Source: Candidatus Cloacimonadota bacterium
GTDB taxonomy: Bacteria; Cloacimonadota; Cloacimonadia; Cloacimonadales; TCS61
DNA: 58,346 nt
NCBI GenBank assembly: GCA_018400535.1
Contig: JAGYMQ010000095.1
Coordinates: 1 to 58,346 of the forward strand
Direction: 5' to 3'
Shown: in pieces, positions 1 to 9,037 of the stretch
Numbering within the stretch: position 1 is the first letter of the stretch
Layout of the letters: each line of letters opens with the position of its first letter
The notes under the pieces: model-generated
Database searches by the model: none
The model's input: only the letters and a program-made list of their open reading frames with translations
What the model was told of the DNA's origin: nothing
Translations under genes and position numbers: made by a program

Positions 1-63
1 TCCCTTCTCCCTTCTCCCTTCTCCCTTCTCCCTTCTCCCATCACCCATCACTCATCTCACTTC
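1..63. repeat. Heptamer tandem repeat (TCCCTTC x5, then degenerate TCCCATC/ACCCATC/ACTCATC/TCACTTC), truncated by the window edge
   Basis: 7-bp period read directly; the last unit overlaps the stop codon (57-59) of the upstream peptidase. Confidence 0.9.
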
Positions 64-2942
64 ACTAGCAACATCTTTCTGCTAGCGACAAGTTTTCCAT
101 CTACCTGCAATTGATAGAAATATACTCCGCTGCTGACGGGTTTATTGTTTTCATCTCGTCCGTTCCAGGTCTTTGTCATCTTGAGCTCTTCGACTCCGCT
201 CAGAGTGACAGGCAGAGTGCGAATGTTCTGTCCTTTCAAATTATAAATAATTATCTCCGTGCTCTCTGTGTTTTCCGTGGTGAGAGAAAACGAGATAGTC
301 GTTGAAGGGTTGAAGGGATTGGGAAAATTCTGGAATAGTTTATTTGCTTTTGGGATAATGAGTTGTGTAACTTTCGATCCTCCAATTTCAGCAAGTATCT
401 GATCAAAAAAGAGTGTTACGTCATTTTCCAAAAAGAAATAAAGTGGAAATCCAAACAGCGCAAAAGTGCCTTCTGGCTCAGATTTGACAGCACAATCTTC
501 TCCGATGTAGGAGCTGCCAGCAATTCCATCGAATTGATAAAAACCATTATTTGCATCAGGGAAAAGACAAACGTAGGGCAAAGTTCCACCGAAAGCAGGA
601 TTGAGCTTATCTGGGTCGAGAGAAAGTGCTGAATAATCTGATGAGCTGGCATTTGTGAATTCCCATTCGGAAACAAGTTGCGTTTGTCCAATATCAAGAA
701 AATCACTTTTGAAATCATCAGGAATCTCATTGGCTGTTTTCCAGCCTGAAATGATCAAATTTCCACCACTCACAAGGTAGCAGCCCAGATCATCGAGATC
801 ATCTTCCAATAACGGCTGATTCAGATCATCATCATGCCAGATAACAATTGAATAATGACGCAAATTATCCAAACCCGGTGCTCCTTCATCATTATAATCC
901 CACGCTGTGAAATCCGTATTTAAAACATTTTGGTAAAATTGATCTACCATAGCATCATCAGGATTGCCCTGCGTGCCGGGGCCATCTACTGTTTCATCGA
1001 CGACTAAAATTCCTTGATCAAGAGGAAATTCCAATGGTGTTGCTTGATAAATTTCAGAAAACATTGTGGAAAATTCATCGATCACTGCTTTAATTTTGTA
1101 GTAATATGTCGTTCCATTCTGCACATTTTCGTCCCAGTAAGAATTTTCTGTTATCAATTCTGAATTGATCTTGACAAAATCATCGTTTGGTTGATCAGAA
1201 CGATAAATATCATAGCCATCCACCCCAATCTCGGGAAGAAATTCATTCCAATAAACAACTACCATTTCATCGGCGGCATAAGCATTATTGATCTGGACAT
1301 TTTTGTGGGTCGATCCTCTTGATAGCACCCAGCTATCGGGATCAAATTCCAAGCTCTCAAAATTTATATCTGCAAGTGGAATAATAGATTGCATCTCTGA
1401 TCCCGAAGGAGCTGAAGAGACCAAAACAGAATCGTAATATGTTTCATAATTAATTTGAAGAGGAACAGGAAGTCCGATAAATTCTGCTGTGCCATTAGAA
1501 TTAGATTTAACGAAGGTCATTAATTCAGGATTGACAGGATCATTCTTGATGAGCCACGAAAATTCAAATTTTGGCGTTCCCGATTTGAAAATCCAATCTT
1601 CGAAAAAAGTTTGCAAATAATCATTTTGCGTAAGAGAATCACAAACCGCAACGAAATCATCTGTGATCACATTTCCATTATGGAATTTGTTGAAATATGT
1701 TTGCAAAATCTCGAAAAACGTATCATTGCCAACGATACGGCGTAACATATGCAGAACAGAAGCGGGTTTTTCGTAAGTGGCTGGAGTAAAAAAAGCACCA
1801 GCTGGAGGATCATAGACAACATAAGGTGTGTTTCCCGCCCAATTTTTATAATAATTCTGGATGGAGATGCGCGTATAATCCAACATTGCTTGATAATCCT
1901 GCCAATGTTCTGTATAAAGCGCTTCCGAATAAGTGGCAAAACCTTCCGAAAGCCAAATATCTTTCCAGGTCAAAGCGGTTAGACAATCGCCAAACCACTG
2001 ATGTGAAAGTTCATGAGCGATGATCGTTTCATAGGTATGATTTCCGGTGATCAAAGAATTGTTCAAGGTTGTCATTGTCTGATGTTCCATCGCGGCATAG
2101 GTTGCAAAACTGGTGACGGCATTTCCATATTTTTCGAAAGGATAATCGCCATAAAGATCAGAATATACCTGCATCATAAAAGGAAGATTGGAAAAATCTT
2201 CGGTTGCATTGGAAACCATTCCTGGTGGCACAAAATTTTGTATGGGAATATCGCCAAAATTATCATTCAATTCAACCAATTCCTGGCAAACCAGAGAAAC
2301 AAGATATGTCGCCATCGGATTTCCGCCTTCCCAGTGATGTGTTCGCGTTCCATTTCCATTATTCACAACATCTGTCAAAATTCCATTGCTGGCAACTTCC
2401 CAATCTTCGCGCACCGTGATATGAAGGTCGGTGACAGCTTTATCCCAGGGATGATCATAACAGGGCCACCAATAGCGAGAAGCATTCGGGTCTGAAATCG
2501 TGAAAACATGGTAATTGGAAAAAAACATACCCAATCCATCCCAAAGCGGATTTCCCTCGTAATCAACTATTAGCGAAAATACATCTCCAGCGTTAATATT
2601 TTGTAACTGGATCGTTATCTCATGATCATCATAAGTGAAATCTGCATTACTATTATTCAATAAAACGTTATTCACGGTCATCTGTTCCAATTCAAAAATG
2701 ATCTCGCTCAGCGTTTCTTCGGCAACGATCTGGGCAATAACTGTCCCCGAAATAAAATCATTTGCATTATCTATCTGCATTGAAATGTCATAATGTGTCA
2801 CATCAAAACCGTGTGCTGAATCGGCTCTTGTCAATTCGTAGTAATTCTCAGCAAAAGCTTGATTTGTTCTGGCGCAGCGTGGGACAGAAAATAGCAAGCT
2901 GAAGCTAAGTAAAAAGATAAGAAGCAGAAAATACTTTTTCAT
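57..2942 (-). CDS. Secreted M1-family zinc aminopeptidase with FN3-like domain and C-terminal FlgD-Ig/Por-secretion-type tail
   Basis: Signal peptide; AAMEH (GxMEN-like); HELSH..WLSEGFATY (HExxH-18-E); C-terminal NFPNPFNP...SGVYFY...RKMLLVK; GGAGG RBS. Confidence 0.9.
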   Translation of the reverse strand: MKKYFLLLIFLLSFSLLFSVPRCARTNQAFAENYYELTRADSAHGFDVTHYDISMQIDNANDFISGTVIAQIVAEETLSEIIFELEQMTVNNVLLNNSNADFTYDDHEITIQLQNINAGDVFSLIVDYEGNPLWDGLGMFFSNYHVFTISDPNASRYWWPCYDHPWDKAVTDLHITVREDWEVASNGILTDVVNNGNGTRTHHWEGGNPMATYLVSLVCQELVELNDNFGDIPIQNFVPPGMVSNATEDFSNLPFMMQVYSDLYGDYPFEKYGNAVTSFATYAAMEHQTMTTLNNSLITGNHTYETIIAHELSHQWFGDCLTALTWKDIWLSEGFATYSEALYTEHWQDYQAMLDYTRISIQNYYKNWAGNTPYVVYDPPAGAFFTPATYEKPASVLHMLRRIVGNDTFFEILQTYFNKFHNGNVITDDFVAVCDSLTQNDYLQTFFEDWIFKSGTPKFEFSWLIKNDPVNPELMTFVKSNSNGTAEFIGLPVPLQINYETYYDSVLVSSAPSGSEMQSIIPLADINFESLEFDPDSWVLSRGSTHKNVQINNAYAADEMVVVYWNEFLPEIGVDGYDIYRSDQPNDDFVKINSELITENSYWDENVQNGTTYYYKIKAVIDEFSTMFSEIYQATPLEFPLDQGILVVDETVDGPGTQGNPDDAMVDQFYQNVLNTDFTAWDYNDEGAPGLDNLRHYSIVIWHDDDLNQPLLEDDLDDLGCYLVSGGNLIISGWKTANEIPDDFKSDFLDIGQTQLVSEWEFTNASSSDYSALSLDPDKLNPAFGGTLPYVCLFPDANNGFYQFDGIAGSSYIGEDCAVKSEPEGTFALFGFPLYFFLENDVTLFFDQILAEIGGSKVTQLIIPKANKLFQNFPNPFNPSTTISFSLTTENTESTEIIIYNLKGQNIRTLPVTLSGVEELKMTKTWNGRDENNKPVSSGVYFYQLQVDGKLVASRKMLLVK
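188..210 (-). repeat. REP-like miniature element TGTCACTCTGAGCGGAGTCGAAG embedded in frame (encodes VTLSGVE)
   Basis: GC-rich island in an AT-rich gene; first 11 nt match the intergenic TGTCATTCTGA at 58264 at 10/11; resembles FCB-group REP-like elements from memory. Confidence 0.6.
255..281 (-). repeat. 9-bp triplet ACCACGGAA-AACACAGAG-AGCACGGAG embedded in frame (encodes TTENTESTE)
   Basis: Three imperfect 9-mers; similar layout to the intergenic 10-mer triplet at 7540-7569. Confidence 0.6.
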
Positions 2943-3026
2943 GATTCCTCCAAAAAATTAACGGAAATTTTTTTCGAGACAAAATATTTTAATGACTTTT
3001 CGGCAACTTATTTTTCCAAATTTTTC

Positions 3027-3070
3027 AAAAAGAAAAGACCTTTCAACCAGGGCAAGCTGAAAGGTCTCTT
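3027..3070 (-). terminator. Rho-independent terminator of the ECF/anti-sigma/PDZ operon
   Basis: 10-bp perfect stem AGACCTTTCA (3036-3045) / TGAAAGGTCT (3058-3067) followed by a T-rich tract on the minus strand. Confidence 0.85.
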
Positions 3071-3093
3071 GCTATTAGAAGGAGGAATGAGAA

Positions 3094-4368
3094 TCAGAAT
3101 TCTTCTTTTTTATCTTCAAAGATTTCGATTTCTATATCGACATCTTTCAATTCTTCTTTTATTTCCTGTAGTGAATTTTTCATATTGTTTATCTCGTCCA
3201 ATTTGAACTCCTTTATAATCCGTATATCGTCTAGATCATCTTTCATTGTATCAAGATCTTGCCAGTGTTTTTCAAGACCATCGATCATAACTTTCACTTC
3301 ACCATTTTCTAATTTTAAGCGCACATCATTTCTGCCTCTCACTTTTTCACCGATCCTGGTTGTGATATTTATAATCTCACCATTACGAGATATCTCCATA
3401 TTGATCGTATCTCCGATCTCTTTTTCTTGGATAATGTCACGCAGGATCACATCCTTTTTACCATTGATCGATAAAATTTCATCGCCCACCTGAAAACCCG
3501 CTTTTTCAGCTGGTGAATCGGCAAATACTTCTTTTACGGTCATCGTTTTAGTCGTCTTATTTTCTCCGTTCTTGTTTTCCTGTTTCTCTTCAATCTTCAA
3601 GCGCACACCGATCCATTTCTCATCATCATTTATATCATATTTGTAAAACAGGACATTGCCAGGCATGAAGTCGAGTGAAAAGGGAAATTCTTCGCTGTCA
3701 AAGAAGAAGTCATTGATCTTTTCTGTTTTGCCCAAAGTCAATTCGATCTCTTTTTCCTTTCCATTTCTAAAAATATTGAGAGTAACTTTTTCTTCAGGTT
3801 CATAATTTTCCAGCATTTTCTGGAGCTGTTCAGCAGTATAAAGTTTTTCATTTTGGAATTTCATCAGGAAATCACCTTTTTTTAATCCAGCTTTTTCTGC
3901 GGGAGAATCTTCACTGATCCTCGTTATCTTCAAGCCAAAATTTTCTTGATAATCTTCTCTATCTTCTTCTTCCAATTCTGTCAAAAAAATTCCAATGTAT
4001 GCTTTTTTTTCTCGGTGAAAAAGAGACGATTCCGCCAAAACAAGTTTGCATTTTTTCCTTTTTTGATCTCGCAAAAAATCAATCTTGATCTCGTCACCTG
4101 GTTGATAAAAAGAGAGCATCTTGTGAATTTGATCGATAGTGAATATCTTATCGTCATCAATTTCCAAAAGAATATCATCCTTTTCCAATCCAGCTTTTTC
4201 TGCTGGTGAATCTGCGATGACTTTGTTGACAACGACTCCATGCTTTAGTTCAGAATATTTTTCCGGTTCAAGCTCTCCTAAAATTAGTCCCATCCGCACA
4301 TTGTTCAAAGCAGATAGCGAAACAAAAATCATTATCAGAAAACACAAAAAAGTAATTGTTTTTCTCAT
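3094..4368 (-). CDS. Exported protein with three PDZ domains and no protease domain
   Basis: Signal peptide; three DSPAEKAG(L/F)..(D/G)D PDZ motifs, each preceded by a G(L/I/V) carboxylate loop; acidic coiled C-terminus. Confidence 0.85.
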   Translation of the reverse strand: MRKTITFLCFLIMIFVSLSALNNVRMGLILGELEPEKYSELKHGVVVNKVIADSPAEKAGLEKDDILLEIDDDKIFTIDQIHKMLSFYQPGDEIKIDFLRDQKRKKCKLVLAESSLFHREKKAYIGIFLTELEEEDREDYQENFGLKITRISEDSPAEKAGLKKGDFLMKFQNEKLYTAEQLQKMLENYEPEEKVTLNIFRNGKEKEIELTLGKTEKINDFFFDSEEFPFSLDFMPGNVLFYKYDINDDEKWIGVRLKIEEKQENKNGENKTTKTMTVKEVFADSPAEKAGFQVGDEILSINGKKDVILRDIIQEKEIGDTINMEISRNGEIINITTRIGEKVRGRNDVRLKLENGEVKVMIDGLEKHWQDLDTMKDDLDDIRIIKEFKLDEINNMKNSLQEIKEELKDVDIEIEIFEDKKEEF

Positions 4369-4379
4369 TTTTTTCTCCT

Positions 4380-4871
4380 TCAGAAACTCGCTTCGCGCGG
4401 TTTCTGTATTTTGTTTGATCTGTTGAATTCAGAAATGATCATAACAGCTTGCGAATCGGGCGAGATATATTTCCGAATTAGATAAGCTTTTTCTTCCTTA
4501 TATTTTTTGGGATCAATTCTTTTTTTGATATCTGGATTATGAATTGAAGTATAGAAAAAATTTTTGCTGAAATTTTCTGAAATATCATAGAAATCGCTAT
4601 TATAATCAACTTTTTCTATAGCTTCTTCTTTTTGTTGTGATTGGAAAGCAAATTGATTTATACTGGAAGTGATTCTGGGAAAAATGATACTGATGATGAG
4701 AAAAAATGCTAATATGCCAGCGAAAGTAACAGCATAGCGGAATTTTTTGCGATAATGCTGTTCGGGTGAATGATATCTGGCGATCAATTCATTACGTAGT
4801 TTTTCTTCAAAAGGATCATTTTCGATCTGTGGAATTTTCATCTCAAACAATTTTTTTTCAAGGTTTTTCAT
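4380..4871 (-). CDS. Putative single-pass membrane anti-sigma factor
   Basis: ATGA overlap with the ECF gene; short cytoplasmic N-terminus (FEEKLRNEL), one TM helix, periplasmic tail. Confidence 0.65.
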   Translation of the reverse strand: MKNLEKKLFEMKIPQIENDPFEEKLRNELIARYHSPEQHYRKKFRYAVTFAGILAFFLIISIIFPRITSSINQFAFQSQQKEEAIEKVDYNSDFYDISENFSKNFFYTSIHNPDIKKRIDPKKYKEEKAYLIRKYISPDSQAVMIISEFNRSNKIQKPREASF

Positions 4872-5413
4872 TTCATCTCCTTTTCGAGTTGAGAGCGGAT
4901 TTTTTTTAAAAGACGATGCATCCGCACTTTCACTGTGCCTTCTTTCTTTTTCAATATTTCGCCGATCTCTTGATAACTCATTTTCTCAAAAAATCGTAGC
5001 GAGATCAGATTTTGCTCGTCAGAAGATAGTTCACCCAATTTCCTTTTAAGATTGGAATAATCGATCTCGAAATCTTCGCCTTGCACTGTATTCCAATTCA
5101 ATTTCTGCTGGAGCTTTTGTTCGCGCTTACGTTCCCGAAAATATTGATTCATTTCGCTGAGAGCGATGCGATATAACCAAGCTGAAAAGCTGCTGCGTCG
5201 AGATGTAAAAAAACGAAATCTGGTCAGATTCTTCATTGCTTTGAAAAACACGTTAGAAACAATCTCATTACGCACGGCATCGTCTTGCACTCTATGAAAA
5301 ACAAAATTATTTATCTTCGGAAAATATTTTCGATACAAATAATCGAATTCTCCAAGATCTTTTTTTGCTTTTATTACTTTTTCTATTTCTCTGCTCAAAA
5401 TTTTCATCCTCAT
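4868..5413 (-). CDS. ECF-family RNA polymerase sigma factor
   Basis: Region 2 (FSAWLYRIA) and region 4 HTH (MSYQEIGEIL...GTVKVRMHR); 181 aa. Confidence 0.93.
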   Translation of the reverse strand: MRMKILSREIEKVIKAKKDLGEFDYLYRKYFPKINNFVFHRVQDDAVRNEIVSNVFFKAMKNLTRFRFFTSRRSSFSAWLYRIALSEMNQYFRERKREQKLQQKLNWNTVQGEDFEIDYSNLKRKLGELSSDEQNLISLRFFEKMSYQEIGEILKKKEGTVKVRMHRLLKKIRSQLEKEMK

Positions 5414-5425
5414 TTTCTATTTATG

Positions 5426-5452
5426 ATAACGTCCAAAAAAAAAATTGTTACA
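5426..5452 (-). promoter_or_regulatory. Probable autoregulatory ECF promoter TGTAAC-N15-CGTT
   Basis: Matches the AAC/CGT-type ECF promoter pattern, immediately upstream of the ECF gene. Confidence 0.65.
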
Positions 5453-5549
5453 TCTTTTTTGCAAACTTTAAAGAAAAATTTCTGGACAAGCAAAGCCACA
5501 AAAATCAGCTAAACAAAAAAATATCAGAACCCTAATTATGGAGATTTTT

Positions 5550-6785
5550 ATGAAGAAGTTTGTTGCGATCTTGATGCTGTTAATTATTTTCCAGACAGTT
5601 TTTTGTGAAAATTATAAACTGGAAGACCTTATCCGAATAGGCTTAGAAAATTCATATGATATGCAGAGTCAAAAAATTTATTTGCAGAATGCCAAAAGTG
5701 ATCTGCGCAGTAGCTATCTTGATCTTCTGCCTGGTTTCTCCGCTTCTTTTGGCAGTTCACGCAATTTCGATCAAACCAATGAATGGGAAAATAACGCATC
5801 ACTTTCTCTCAATAAAAGTTTTTTCTTGAATGAACCGAGTTATTACAATGTGCGCTTTTCTATTCTGGATATGAAAAATGCTGAAATTTCCGACCTTGAC
5901 CAGAAGAAACAGGTAGTCTATTCGATCTTTTCGGATTTTTTATCAATTTTGGAAGCACAGAAAAATCTCGAGATCCAAAAAAGCAATCTCAAGCTTCAGC
6001 AGCATATCCACAAACAGATCCAGATCCAATTTGAGAACGGCGAAAAATCCAAGCTTGATCTCAAACAAAGTGAAAATTCGCTGATCGATTATCAAATTGC
6101 GGTGAAAGATGCAGAAATTTCTCTTTCCAAAACACGTTCAGAACTTTTTCTCTTTCTCGATCATGAAGATCGGGGCTACATTTTTCAAGAACCAAATATC
6201 TCAGAATGGCAAATTCCTAAGTTCCGACTGAATCTCTCTCTGGAACAGCGAAAAAATGAAATTAAAAAAAGTGAGATCAATCTTTTCCAACAAAAAATGA
6301 ATTTTTTACCATCCCTTTCACTCAGCTATTCTTTATATCACAATGATCCTGATGATGTCTATGCTTTTGGTGATTATCAGCGAAGTTCCAATACGCTTGC
6401 TCTCAACGCCAGCTATGATATTTTTGATCTTCTTGATAAGAAAGAAAATTTGGGAAAAACACGTCGCAATTTGAAATTGCAAAAGCTTGCTTATGAGCTG
6501 GCAAAAAATGAATTAGAAAAAAACTGGCAGATCCTTGAGAAAGAATTGAAAAATTTAGAAAACACACGCGATCTTTACCAACAGAAGTTAAAATTGGCAG
6601 AAGAAAATCTTCAAATGGCTCAGCAACAGTATAATCTTGGCGTTATCAGTTTATTAGAATTAGATCGTATAAAATTGGATTATCAAAACTCGCAAATTTC
6701 CTATCTGAATCGTTATTATCAACTTTTGCGAAAGCAGGAAGAAATGCGTCTGCTCATTTCAGATAAAATTCTGGGTAAATGGTAA
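5550..6785 (+). CDS. TolC-family outer membrane efflux protein
   Basis: Signal peptide; two OEP repeats (LLPGFSAS / FLPSLSLS; FENGEKSKLDL / YNLGVISLLEL); start moved to ATG 5550 behind GGAG. Confidence 0.85.
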   Translation: MKKFVAILMLLIIFQTVFCENYKLEDLIRIGLENSYDMQSQKIYLQNAKSDLRSSYLDLLPGFSASFGSSRNFDQTNEWENNASLSLNKSFFLNEPSYYNVRFSILDMKNAEISDLDQKKQVVYSIFSDFLSILEAQKNLEIQKSNLKLQQHIHKQIQIQFENGEKSKLDLKQSENSLIDYQIAVKDAEISLSKTRSELFLFLDHEDRGYIFQEPNISEWQIPKFRLNLSLEQRKNEIKKSEINLFQQKMNFLPSLSLSYSLYHNDPDDVYAFGDYQRSSNTLALNASYDIFDLLDKKENLGKTRRNLKLQKLAYELAKNELEKNWQILEKELKNLENTRDLYQQKLKLAEENLQMAQQQYNLGVISLLELDRIKLDYQNSQISYLNRYYQLLRKQEEMRLLISDKILGKW

Positions 6786-7483
6786 AACAAAATATTCACC
6801 ACTTTTTAACTGAGATTGAAGCTGACCTTGTCCTTGATGCAGCAACGGGACGAGGCGAATTTATCAACTATATCAAACATTTCAAACATTTTGGAAAGAT
6901 CATTGCCATCGATATAGAAGCTAAAAGCAAAGAATATCTGGAAAAGAATTTCCCTGATCAAGAAGTAAAATTCATCAGAATGGATGCGCATTCCCTTGAT
7001 TTTCGTCCTGAATATTTCGATGCTGTCTGCCTCTCAAATTCTCTGCATCATCTGGATCAACCGCAGAAAATTCTACAAAATCTCTATCAAGTTCTGAAAA
7101 AAGATGGATATTTCATCGTGCAAGAAATGTATCGTGATGACTTGACTGAAGCACAAAACAGCCATGTTCTTCTGCATCATTGGAGTGCAAAATTAGACAG
7201 GCTGAAAGGAAAAACCCACAATGAAACATTTAAACGATCTGAAATAGTTGAGTTATTTTCCACCATAAATTTACAAAAACGAAATTTAATCGACCATACT
7301 TATCCACTGGAAAATCCAAAAGATGAAAAGTTACTCGCTCATTATACAAAAATGATCGAAAAAATGCAAATTAGAGCGGAAAATGATCATCCTTTAAAAC
7401 GAGAATTAGCTAAGATCAAAGCTCATATTTTGCAATATGGCTACGCTCCTGCGAACTCACTCTTTTTGATCGGTAGAAAATAG
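6779..7483 (+). CDS. Class I SAM-dependent methyltransferase
   Basis: VLDAATGRG motif I, AIDI, MDA, FDAV..NSLHH, LKKDG. Confidence 0.85.
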   Translation: MVKQNIHHFLTEIEADLVLDAATGRGEFINYIKHFKHFGKIIAIDIEAKSKEYLEKNFPDQEVKFIRMDAHSLDFRPEYFDAVCLSNSLHHLDQPQKILQNLYQVLKKDGYFIVQEMYRDDLTEAQNSHVLLHHWSAKLDRLKGKTHNETFKRSEIVELFSTINLQKRNLIDHTYPLENPKDEKLLAHYTKMIEKMQIRAENDHPLKRELAKIKAHILQYGYAPANSLFLIGRK

Positions 7484-7497
7484 TTTGGGAAATTTCG

Positions 7498-7602
7498 CGT
7501 AACTCGACATTCCAATTTCGAGAGTTCACCATAAAAGAAACCACGAATTAACGCGAATTAACACAAATTACATCACGTAACTCGACATTCCAATTTCGAG
7601 AG
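7498..7602. repeat. Two identical 27-bp palindromic direct repeats flanking a 10-mer triplet
   Basis: CGTAACTCGACATTCCAATTTCGAGAG at 7498-7524 and 7576-7602; ACCACGAATT-AACGCGAATT-AACACAAATT between them. Confidence 0.9.
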
Positions 7603-7615
7603 CTTCTTGAAATCC

Positions 7616-7670
7616 TAACCTTACGAATCCGGATCTGAATGAAATAGTGCAAGAAGGCTTCGCAAGGTTA
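7616..7670. repeat. Inverted repeat TAACCTTACGAA ... TTCGCAAGGTTA (REP-like pair)
   Basis: 11/12 complementary arms at 7616-7627 and 7659-7670. Confidence 0.7.
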
Positions 7671-7786
7671 CTTTTCAAAGCTTCACTCAAAAAAAAACCG
7701 ATGAGCATTCATTTCAAGAAAAGTGCGATCTGGTTTTTGTCAGATATTTTCCAAATTTTGGATCAAAAACAGATATTTCCAGAATT

Positions 7787-9037
7787 CTATATCTCTAATT
7801 GTTCTTTTAAAAATGGTAAAATTTCCTTAACTATTTTGCTATCGATCGAATTATGATCAGCCATTTCATTCATTATTCTTTTCACCGTTGCAAAAGACAA
7901 TCCATTGCGGTAGGGCCGATCTTCGATGAGAGCCTGAAAAATATCCAAGCAAGCCATCAAACGAGAATTGAAATCAAGTTCTTCTGCTACAAGTCGTTCG
8001 GGATAGCCTTTTCCATTCAGCTTTTCATGATGATTGGCACCCCATTCACGAATATTTTCGAAATGATCTATCTTCTTGAGAGCAAATTTCGTGTAATACG
8101 TATGAGTCCTGATTGAGTTTATTTCCTGGGTATTCAATTTTCCATTTTTTTCCAGGATCTCTGTGGGAATAGCTAATTTCCCCAGATCGTGTAAACTGGC
8201 AGCGATCAGAAATTTAGTTTTCTTGTCCTGAGAAAATCCATAAAAGTCTGCAGCTAATTTTGCTTTTTCCATCAGCCCGCTGGTATGTCTGGCGGTAAAT
8301 TTTGATTTGGAATCAACGATCTTAGAAAATGTTTTTGTAATGTCCAATATTTCTTGCCAGTTAAGAAGCAAATTATTCGGAACAAAGTATTCATCCAGAG
8401 CAAATTGAATTGCTTCATTTCTTAGATCCAGCCAGAATTTCAGCTGCAAACTTATCTTCAAAAAGGCATCAGTTAATTCTGCGGAATAACGTTTCTTCCT
8501 TTCTTTTTTGACAAATTCGATGATCAGATTCCTGCTATCTTTTCGTTCAAAATGAAAGATATTATCAATGAAATCTGCCAGAGAAATGATCTGCGCAAGC
8601 AAAGGAATATCATAGCCTTGCAATCCAAAAAAACCAGATCCATCAAAATTTTCATGGTGATATTTGATGATATTTTTATTTGAACTTTGGAAGGGAAAAT
8701 GTTCGACATTATCCTCACCAATTTGGCAATGTTCTTTGAAACTTTCGATCCTTTTCAGCTGTTTCATTTCCCGAGAGTCAAGCTCTGAAAAAAGCGTTTC
8801 TTCGCACAAACCATTATCGTGCATAATGGAATATGCGGCTAAATCACTTTTTTCTGATTCCGAAAGCTGCAATTCATAGGCCAAACGCAGAGCAATATAA
8901 GCCACACGGCGTGAGTGATTGACGCTAGCGCCCAGAACATCTTGCTCCACAAAATCAAGGGCAAATGATATAGATTTGAGAAAATGGTTTAAATCAAAAT
9001 TGATCTTTTCCATTTCTTTGTCGTTATTTTTCATCAT
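7787..9037 (-). CDS. Tandem HD-GYP domain phosphodiesterase
   Basis: N-domain HSRRV/MHDNG/HHENFDGSGFFG (degenerate); C-domain HTSG/LHDLGK/HHEKLNGKGYP. Confidence 0.88.
   Translation of the reverse strand: MMKNNDKEMEKINFDLNHFLKSISFALDFVEQDVLGASVNHSRRVAYIALRLAYELQLSESEKSDLAAYSIMHDNGLCEETLFSELDSREMKQLKRIESFKEHCQIGEDNVEHFPFQSSNKNIIKYHHENFDGSGFFGLQGYDIPLLAQIISLADFIDNIFHFERKDSRNLIIEFVKKERKKRYSAELTDAFLKISLQLKFWLDLRNEAIQFALDEYFVPNNLLLNWQEILDITKTFSKIVDSKSKFTARHTSGLMEKAKLAADFYGFSQDKKTKFLIAASLHDLGKLAIPTEILEKNGKLNTQEINSIRTHTYYTKFALKKIDHFENIREWGANHHEKLNGKGYPERLVAEELDFNSRLMACLDIFQALIEDRPYRNGLSFATVKRIMNEMADHNSIDSKIVKEILPFLKEQLEI

Noticed and set aside
3077-3210. Plus-strand ORF starting behind AGGAGG at 3087
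   Set aside because: SD-to-ATG spacing is only 1 nt and the ORF is antisense to the PDZ gene; the motif is better read as anti-SD on the minus strand.
3094-4368. HtrA/DegP protease call
   Set aside because: No trypsin domain or GNSGG motif; PDZ domains only.
7498-7602. Mini CRISPR array (two 27-bp palindromic repeats with a spacer)
   Set aside because: Only two units, the 51-bp spacer is itself repetitive, and there are no cas genes or leader; better explained as REP-like elements.
7647-7856. 69-aa plus-strand ORF
   Set aside because: Begins inside a repeat element, has no RBS and overlaps the HD-GYP 3' end antisense.
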